IMG/VR virus record: IMGVR_UViG_2974578479_000001
Span: 64,001-128,000 of that record
DNA length: 64,000 nt
Strand: one strand, 5' to 3'
DNA from: a virus
Taxonomy: Duplodnaviria; Heunggongvirae; Uroviricota; Caudoviricetes
Shown here: positions 58,053 through 64,000 of the stretch, in pieces
How the letters are laid out: every line of letters starts with the position of its first letter
Position numbering within the stretch: the first letter of the stretch is position 1
The notes under the pieces: model-generated
What the model saw: the letters and a program-made list of their open reading frames with translations, nothing else
What the model was told of the DNA's origin: nothing
The model's database searches: none
Made by a program: the position numbers and the translations under genes

Positions 58053-58430
58053 ATGAGTATGATACGTAATTTAATGGAATCTATTGATGACATTTACGAA
58101 GCTGATGATGAATCAATGGAACAGGCACCAGAAGCCTCTCCAGCAGAAGTACTAAAAGATATAATTGGTTCGTTAAAAGAACTGTCAACAATGATTGCTG
58201 ATGGTTCTATTGAAGAACAAGGTAATTTACTATCTGATTTGCAAAACATTTCATCTTCATTGAAAGAACTAATTGGTTCAGATGATGATTTTTCAGATGA
58301 AGCATTAGAAGAAGAATATGGTACAGAAGATTTTGGACCATATATTGATAAAGATGGTGTTCAAAACTATGAAGTAGCGGCAAAAGAAGCTGATTCATAT
58401 CCTGAACATAAAGGTTTTGTGGGAATGTAA
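58053..58430 (+). CDS. Acidic probable internal head protein
   Basis: LMES, IYEA motifs. Confidence 0.5.
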   Translation: MSMIRNLMESIDDIYEADDESMEQAPEASPAEVLKDIIGSLKELSTMIADGSIEEQGNLLSDLQNISSSLKELIGSDDDFSDEALEEEYGTEDFGPYIDKDGVQNYEVAAKEADSYPEHKGFVGM

Positions 58431-58431
58431 T

Positions 58432-58806
58432 ATGATACCAAAAACCAACAGTACTGAAATCCAATTTGATGTATTAGTAAAAATCAGAGAAGTTTATGAA
58501 TTTGATTCAGAACTCTCTGATAGAATGTTACTTATATCTATTTTTGATAATTACAGAACTGGTGGTGGTCTTAGGTTGAGTAAGCTGGGGTACACTATCT
58601 GTGCAGAAAATAATTTGTATGATTTCACCCCCATTCCTATTAAAAGTCAGGATCGCAACTCAATGGTTTATACCTCACTAGACCGTATTTGCACTAGCCC
58701 CTATTATATAAAAGGGGATGTTTTGTACTTATCTGACGAATTAGTTTTGGCACAACTCACGTTCTGCCGTGACGATTTTATGAAATTATTTGCTGCATTT
58801 ATGTGA
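58432..58806 (+). CDS. Hypothetical protein
   Basis: ORF packing. Confidence 0.6.
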   Translation: MIPKTNSTEIQFDVLVKIREVYEFDSELSDRMLLISIFDNYRTGGGLRLSKLGYTICAENNLYDFTPIPIKSQDRNSMVYTSLDRICTSPYYIKGDVLYLSDELVLAQLTFCRDDFMKLFAAFM

Positions 58807-58832
58807 AACACAAAATAAAAATCTGGTATAAT
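58803..58832 (+). promoter_or_regulatory. Promoter, TGAAAC/TGGTATAAT class
   Basis: GTGAAA-18 bp-TATAAT. Confidence 0.65.
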
Positions 58833-58950
58833 AAGCTCATTAAGACAGTTTATGGATTAATTAAAGGCACTGATTTCTCAGTGCCTTCTCTTTTGGCAAA
58901 TGGATTTGTGAATTTCAATACAGTAACCACAACACATAGGTATAAGAAGT

Positions 58951-60282
58951 ATGAGCGAAAAAACTAACGTAGATATTCTAAAGTATGATTTGAAACCATC
59001 CCAAATTTTTGAAGCAATGCAAGTTGCAGACTATGTTGGTGATAGTATGATGATTTGGGGTTCTCCTGGTATTGGTAAATCCGCAATTGCACGTCAATAT
59101 GCAAATGAACAGTATCCCCTTCGTAAAGATAACCAAGGAAAATTAGCATATCTACTTCAACGTGCCGAAGATCCTGAAGATAACCTAGTTTCAATGGCTG
59201 ATTATACCGAGTTTGCTAACTCATTACTAGATCAAGAAACTAACTTCATCGACTTCCGACTATCACAGATTGAACCATCGGATCTCCGAGGTATTCCAAT
59301 TCCAGTAAAAATGTACTACAATCTTGAAGGTGAACAGATTTTAGAATCTGAACTACCAAATTACCCAATGTATCGTACTGAAACATCCGTTGTTTGGGCG
59401 GCACCAGATGTTCTAAAACTACATCCTAATTGGAAAGGTGTAATTCTATTTGACGAAATCAACTCAGCAATGCCAATTGTTCAAGCTGCATCATATCAGC
59501 TAATTCTTGATCGTTGTGTTGGTGATATGGTACTACCAAAAACTGCATTAATTCTTGCAGCAGGTAACCGTGAAACGGATGGTGGTGTAACTTTCAGTCT
59601 TGCAACTCCATTACGCGACCGTATGACACACGTTGAAATGATTCCAGATTATAATGATTGGATTGAACATTATGCAATTCCTAACCGAATCAATGCAGGT
59701 ACTGTTGCGTATATCAAGAATACTGGTACAAAACATTTTAACACACTAAGTCCAAAAGATACCAGTCATGCAGGTGGTGCAAGTCCTCGTTCATGGACTC
59801 GTGTTTCTGAAATTGAAACGGCTCGTAAACGTCTAGGCACTTCTTCACCAGTATATAAAGCTCTTGTCGCAGGTCGTGTTGGGAACGCAGCAGCAATTGA
59901 CTATATCACGTATATTGAAAACATGGCTGATCTACCGGATGCAATGGATATTATGGACGGTACATTTACTGACTTCAGTAACTATGTAACTGACGTATCT
60001 AAGAACTACTTTATTGTACTAAATCTAGTGTATAAAATCATTGAATTCAATACTGCTAAAATTGAAGGTACTATTACTAAAGAACAATGGTGCACGTACT
60101 GTACTAACTTCTTAACGTTTATTGATGATAATTTCTCTAAAACACAAGCAGAACTTATTGTACACGCAGTACGTACTTTCACAGATGCAAACGTTAATAT
60201 CGCTTACTCTGAAGTTCCAGTATTCAAAACCTTTGTTCAGAAATATGGTCCACTTCTTCGTAAAGTACGTACAATGAAATAA
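58951..60282 (+). CDS. MoxR-like AAA+ ATPase
   Basis: WGSPGIGKS; DFRLSQIEPSDLRGIP; LFDEINSA; AAGNR; LRDRMTH; SPRSW. Confidence 0.88.
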   Translation: MSEKTNVDILKYDLKPSQIFEAMQVADYVGDSMMIWGSPGIGKSAIARQYANEQYPLRKDNQGKLAYLLQRAEDPEDNLVSMADYTEFANSLLDQETNFIDFRLSQIEPSDLRGIPIPVKMYYNLEGEQILESELPNYPMYRTETSVVWAAPDVLKLHPNWKGVILFDEINSAMPIVQAASYQLILDRCVGDMVLPKTALILAAGNRETDGGVTFSLATPLRDRMTHVEMIPDYNDWIEHYAIPNRINAGTVAYIKNTGTKHFNTLSPKDTSHAGGASPRSWTRVSEIETARKRLGTSSPVYKALVAGRVGNAAAIDYITYIENMADLPDAMDIMDGTFTDFSNYVTDVSKNYFIVLNLVYKIIEFNTAKIEGTITKEQWCTYCTNFLTFIDDNFSKTQAELIVHAVRTFTDANVNIAYSEVPVFKTFVQKYGPLLRKVRTMK

Positions 60283-60288
60283 TACTTT

Positions 60289-60311
60289 AGGGGCATATAT
60301 TGCCCCTTTTT
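60289..60311 (+). terminator. Hairpin/terminator between the AAA and vWA genes
   Basis: AGGGGCA-tatat-TGCCCCT plus T-run. Confidence 0.6.
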
Positions 60312-60324
60312 CTATGAGGTTTAT

Positions 60325-61665
60325 ATGAAAAAAGAAAAACATGTAGTATCTGATGCATATGCAGCAGAATGCTACGAACGAATTATTATTGCACGTACTG
60401 CGATGATTATGTCTTGTCCATTCTTTGGAATTTTAGCTGCAAGACTACAATTAGTACCTAATAATACATGGTGCCGAACTTTAGCAGTAGATGGTAAACA
60501 CTTGTACTATAATGTTGAATTCATTATGGGAGTTGAAGACCCTGCTCGTCGTCAAGAGTATGAAGACAAACTTAAAGAATCTATTGATGGGATTACTGCT
60601 GAACAAATCAACGATGCATTAAATGGATTAACACATCAAAATCTATTGGCTGCAATTTGTCATGAGATTCTACACTGTGCATATAACCACTTTTTAAGAC
60701 GTGGTGCACGTAATCCTAAAAAATGGAACCAAGCAGCAGACTACGCCATTAACCAAATCATAAATCGTGATAAAAAAATGGGTGAAATTAAGAAGTCGTG
60801 GTTATTCAAAGCTGAATACGATGGAATGACTGCTGAAGAAATCTATAATATCTTAGAAGAACAAGATGGAAACGGTGGTGGTGGTTCTGGTTCTGGTGGT
60901 GGAACTTTAGATCAACATGACATTCCACAACAAGGCGATGATCAATCAGATGATGGGGACAATTCTGGAATACCAGGATATAGTACTGAAGAATTAGAAT
61001 CATTCATGGAAGAATTTAAAGATGCTATGCTAAGTGCGGCAATGGCTGAAGGTGCACCACAAGAAATTCGTGCAATGATCGATGAGTATAAAACTCCTAC
61101 TATTGATTGGCGTTCTAAACTAAATCGTACTATTCGTTCATTGATTAAAAATGATGTATCTTATATGATGCCATCTCGCCGTTCATGGAGTACTGGTTTT
61201 GGAAGTACTGGTTCATATTATGGTTCTCCAATTTATCCAGGTTTAAAACCAGATTTGGATATTGATATTTGTGTTGCATTAGATGCATCAGGTAGTATTA
61301 GTACTGAAATGCTAAAAGATTTCTTGTCTGAAGTAATGGGTATGACTAAACAGTTTAGTCAGTTCAAGATTCGAATCTTGACATTTGATACTAATGTTTA
61401 TACAGTACGAGATTACGTTACTGGTGAAGAACGTAAGATTCTTGAATATCCAGTAACTGGTGGCGGTGGTACGTTATTCACTGCTGTTTGGGATCATATG
61501 AAGGAAGATGACTATTGTCCAAAACAATTAGTTATGTTCACTGATGGAGAACCTTGGGGTTCTTGGGGAGATCCTACATATTGTGATACTTTATTCATTA
61601 TTCACTCGAATCCAAAGATTGAAGCACCATTTGGTACTACAGTGCATTATGAATTAGAGAAGTAA
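60325..61665 (+). CDS. Metallopeptidase-like (HExxH) plus vWA domain protein (DUF2201 type)
   Basis: TLAVDG; CHEILH; WNQAADYAIN; IDWR; VALDASGSI; GGGGT; FTDG. Confidence 0.85.
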   Translation: MKKEKHVVSDAYAAECYERIIIARTAMIMSCPFFGILAARLQLVPNNTWCRTLAVDGKHLYYNVEFIMGVEDPARRQEYEDKLKESIDGITAEQINDALNGLTHQNLLAAICHEILHCAYNHFLRRGARNPKKWNQAADYAINQIINRDKKMGEIKKSWLFKAEYDGMTAEEIYNILEEQDGNGGGGSGSGGGTLDQHDIPQQGDDQSDDGDNSGIPGYSTEELESFMEEFKDAMLSAAMAEGAPQEIRAMIDEYKTPTIDWRSKLNRTIRSLIKNDVSYMMPSRRSWSTGFGSTGSYYGSPIYPGLKPDLDIDICVALDASGSISTEMLKDFLSEVMGMTKQFSQFKIRILTFDTNVYTVRDYVTGEERKILEYPVTGGGGTLFTAVWDHMKEDDYCPKQLVMFTDGEPWGSWGDPTYCDTLFIIHSNPKIEAPFGTTVHYELEK

Positions 61666-61707
61666 CAATACTAAATAAAAGGTCGCTAGGATGGCGGCCT
61701 TAATCTT

Positions 61708-61737
61708 TTGAAACAGGCCACATTTTTGTGGTATAAT
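61708..61737 (+). promoter_or_regulatory. Promoter, TGAAAC/TGGTATAAT class
   Basis: TTGAAA-18 bp-TATAAT. Confidence 0.65.
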
Positions 61738-61771
61738 ATAGATAATTAAAAAATACATGGAGTGTATAATT

Positions 61772-62005
61772 ATGAGTAAAGAAGTTGATATTCAAGATCT
61801 AGACGAAGTTGTTGCTGGTCCACAATTGGAATTCATTGATATTATCAATGCTACTAAAATTATGGAAGCTGCGATTGAGCGTAAAGCATTTTCAATCAAA
61901 GAACTAGGTGAAGTTGCTCCTATTGTTTCTCGTTTCCAAGAATTCTCTCAAGCAATCATTGCAGAACAAGAAGCAAAAGATGCTAATACTGAGGGAGATG
62001 CATAA
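61772..62005 (+). CDS. Hypothetical protein
   Basis: GGAG upstream of ATG 61772. Confidence 0.6.
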   Translation: MSKEVDIQDLDEVVAGPQLEFIDIINATKIMEAAIERKAFSIKELGEVAPIVSRFQEFSQAIIAEQEAKDANTEGDA

Positions 62006-62652
62006 TGAGTATTATTCGTCACTGCGGCGTAGTTCGCAGCACTGGTTCTCGTGTGTTCGTTGTATGGCGTCAGCTTGAGAACGATCCACAGCATTGTTTA
62101 GTAGTTTATCGTGATTCACTTCCTGAAGCTTATGTGAATAAGGTTACAGATTTAGTACTCAATCAAGGACAGAGCAGCATTGATTTGTGGAATGTTATTG
62201 ATAAAATTGGTATGCTTGAAGGTACTAATATGTTAACACTTCTACATAAAATGGGTTATATCCGTAAGCAAAATACCCAAGACATTGATATGCATGTTGG
62301 TGGGAATAACAAAATTCCTCTTAATGTACTCAATAATGAAATTGATTCCGCACCAGAAATGGTATCAGGTACAGTGAAAGATTTCAATCCATTTGACCGT
62401 ACAGAAGTGCAATATCCAGAACAAAATACAGTAGTTACTCATCTACTTGATGATGCTCGTAAGTATGAACAACTTTCACGTGAAAGTTTTGAACGTGCTT
62501 ATAACTTAGATCCAAGTCTTCGCCCACAAGCAACTGTTGGTGAATCTCAAGATGATGGTTTTATTCACCTACGTATTGATCCTTCAATGTCTCAAACTAA
62601 AGCAATTGAATTAGTTAAAAAGACATTAAAGGAACATAAAGATGCAGAATAA
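62005..62652 (+). CDS. Hypothetical protein
   Basis: GGAG RBS; ORF packing. Confidence 0.7.
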   Translation: MSIIRHCGVVRSTGSRVFVVWRQLENDPQHCLVVYRDSLPEAYVNKVTDLVLNQGQSSIDLWNVIDKIGMLEGTNMLTLLHKMGYIRKQNTQDIDMHVGGNNKIPLNVLNNEIDSAPEMVSGTVKDFNPFDRTEVQYPEQNTVVTHLLDDARKYEQLSRESFERAYNLDPSLRPQATVGESQDDGFIHLRIDPSMSQTKAIELVKKTLKEHKDAE

Positions 62653-62950
62653 AATCACTAGGGAAGATATAATCAATTTGATTATTGCGGAACGCTTATC
62701 ACAAATGGGCAATCCTAATACCTTAGCTGATCATCTTAAAACGAAGAATGATTGGACTGGTTTAGCAGGTTACTACTTGTTTGAAAGTGCATCTAGACCA
62801 GATAAACATGTTTCTTTTGACGAATTTCGATTATCATTAATTAAAGCAGCAGCAGTTATTCTTGCTGCTTTAGAAACAAGTTTTTCTCTAGATGACGATA
62901 ATATAAAAGATTTATTATCCAAATTGGAAGATAAAAATGACTCTAACTGA
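62642..62950 (+). CDS. Hypothetical protein
   Basis: ORF packing. Confidence 0.6.
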   Translation: MQNKITREDIINLIIAERLSQMGNPNTLADHLKTKNDWTGLAGYYLFESASRPDKHVSFDEFRLSLIKAAAVILAALETSFSLDDDNIKDLLSKLEDKNDSN

Positions 62951-63524
62951 AATATCTAATATGATGGATCAGTTCGAAAATGTATGTTTCAGTGGCGGGG
63001 CAGCGGGTGCTGACCGCCTTTTTGGTTTGTGGGCTGCACAAAATGGACATGAAGAAGTCCATTTTTCATTTAAGGGTCACAAAGCACATGTTCCACCTGA
63101 AACTGTTTTAGAACTCCCACTCGATTTATTAACAAGTACTGAAATTATACAAAAATTAAAAGTTGCTAACAAGTCTCTTGGAAGAAGTGTTCCTAGATTT
63201 GGATACGTTTATAATCTACTTGCTCGTAATAGTATGCAAGTATATAGTACTGAACGTGTGTATACAATGGGAATTTTAATTTCTCCTACACAACTTGATG
63301 GTGGTACTGCTTGGGCGGTACAAATGTACTTAGATCAAGAATCTGAGACAAAAGAAATTTATCATTACGACATTGTTGATAAAAAGATATATTCGTATAA
63401 TAATGTATTAAAACAATTCGTAGAAGTACAAACTGTACCAACACCACATGGAAAATGGACAGGTATTGGGACACGCCGAGCTACACAAGAAGATTTAGAA
63501 GCATTTGCTTCAAAATTTGAGTAA
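62937..63524 (+). CDS. SLOG-superfamily-like protein
   Basis: FSGGAAGAD; LLARN; GGTAWAV; TGIGTR. Confidence 0.55.
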   Translation: MTLTEISNMMDQFENVCFSGGAAGADRLFGLWAAQNGHEEVHFSFKGHKAHVPPETVLELPLDLLTSTEIIQKLKVANKSLGRSVPRFGYVYNLLARNSMQVYSTERVYTMGILISPTQLDGGTAWAVQMYLDQESETKEIYHYDIVDKKIYSYNNVLKQFVEVQTVPTPHGKWTGIGTRRATQEDLEAFASKFE

Positions 63525-63530
63525 TTAAAT

Positions 63531-63878
63531 ATGACAGATGATGAATTAGAAAGTTTTCGAATTGATACCTATAATGAAGGGTATGAAGAAGGAAAAGAAT
63601 ATGGCTATGAATGTGGGATGGATGATGGTGATGCAGCAGGTGCAGAACGCATTCGAAAAGAATTAGAATATGAACATGAAAAAGCCCTAGAGCGTTCCTA
63701 CAAAGATGGATTCAATGAAGCTGAAGATAAGTATGATAGAGAAATTTCTTATCTTCGTTCTAATTCTGAACAAGCAATTAATTCGTTGAATTCCAAAATT
63801 AAGGATTTGAAACGAATGTTATACAATCTAAGGAAGGAAAATGCAACAATTACTAGATCTATACAAAAAAGTACTTGA
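63531..63878 (+). CDS. Hypothetical acidic/coiled-coil protein
   Basis: Repeated YxEG-type motifs then coiled coil. Confidence 0.6.
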   Translation: MTDDELESFRIDTYNEGYEEGKEYGYECGMDDGDAAGAERIRKELEYEHEKALERSYKDGFNEAEDKYDREISYLRSNSEQAINSLNSKIKDLKRMLYNLRKENATITRSIQKST

Positions 63879-64000
63879 ATTTGGTGAACTTAGTACTGAC
63901 CGTACTGGTGTAGGTACATTAAAATTGGTTGGACAAACCATGAGATTTAATCTACAAGAAGGTTATCCAGCACCAACAACTAAACGTCTTGCTTGGAATG
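63841..64000 (+). CDS. thyA: Thymidylate synthase, N-terminal fragment (truncated by window)
   Basis: [45 protein letters not shown]. Confidence 0.9.
   Translation, partial: MQQLLDLYKKVLEFGELSTDRTGVGTLKLVGQTMRFNLQEGYPAPTTKRLAWN

Noticed and set aside
63531-63878. FliH-like annotation from YxxG repeats
   Set aside because: Only a short low-complexity helical pattern with no flagellar context

Overview
AT-rich segment of a large lytic, T4-related (jumbo) myophage genome. Essentially all real genes are on the + strand. Gene content (TyrRS, Thg1, CCA enzyme, gp13-like neck, sheath, two tube paralogues, gp4-like) suggests the RAK2/GAP32/PBECO4-type enterobacterial jumbo phages; this is inference and no database was searched. 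Modules in order: nucleotide/translation accessory genes (1-6.4 kb); an anaerobic nrdD-grcA-nrdG operon preceded by a perfect FNR box (6.4-10.9 kb); three tandem ~900-aa paralogous fibre-like proteins (11-19.2 kb); early accessory genes with two paralogue families, a DNA methyltransferase, a nucleotidyltransferase, an acyl-carrier-like protein and spanins (19.3-28.9 kb); a ~470-nt ORF-free structured element with its own promoter and terminator (29.0-29.45 kb); tRNA/RNA repair, ADP-ribose processing and lysis genes (30-46.5 kb); a virion morphogenesis block (46.6-58.4 kb) whose first tube gene is split by a +1 frameshift; a MoxR-type AAA/vWA-peptidase pair; and the truncated start of thyA. Strongest leads: host FNR control of the anaerobic module, the candidate large ncRNA, and strong enrichment of the palindrome AGTACT. 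No tRNA, rRNA or CRISPR array was recognised.
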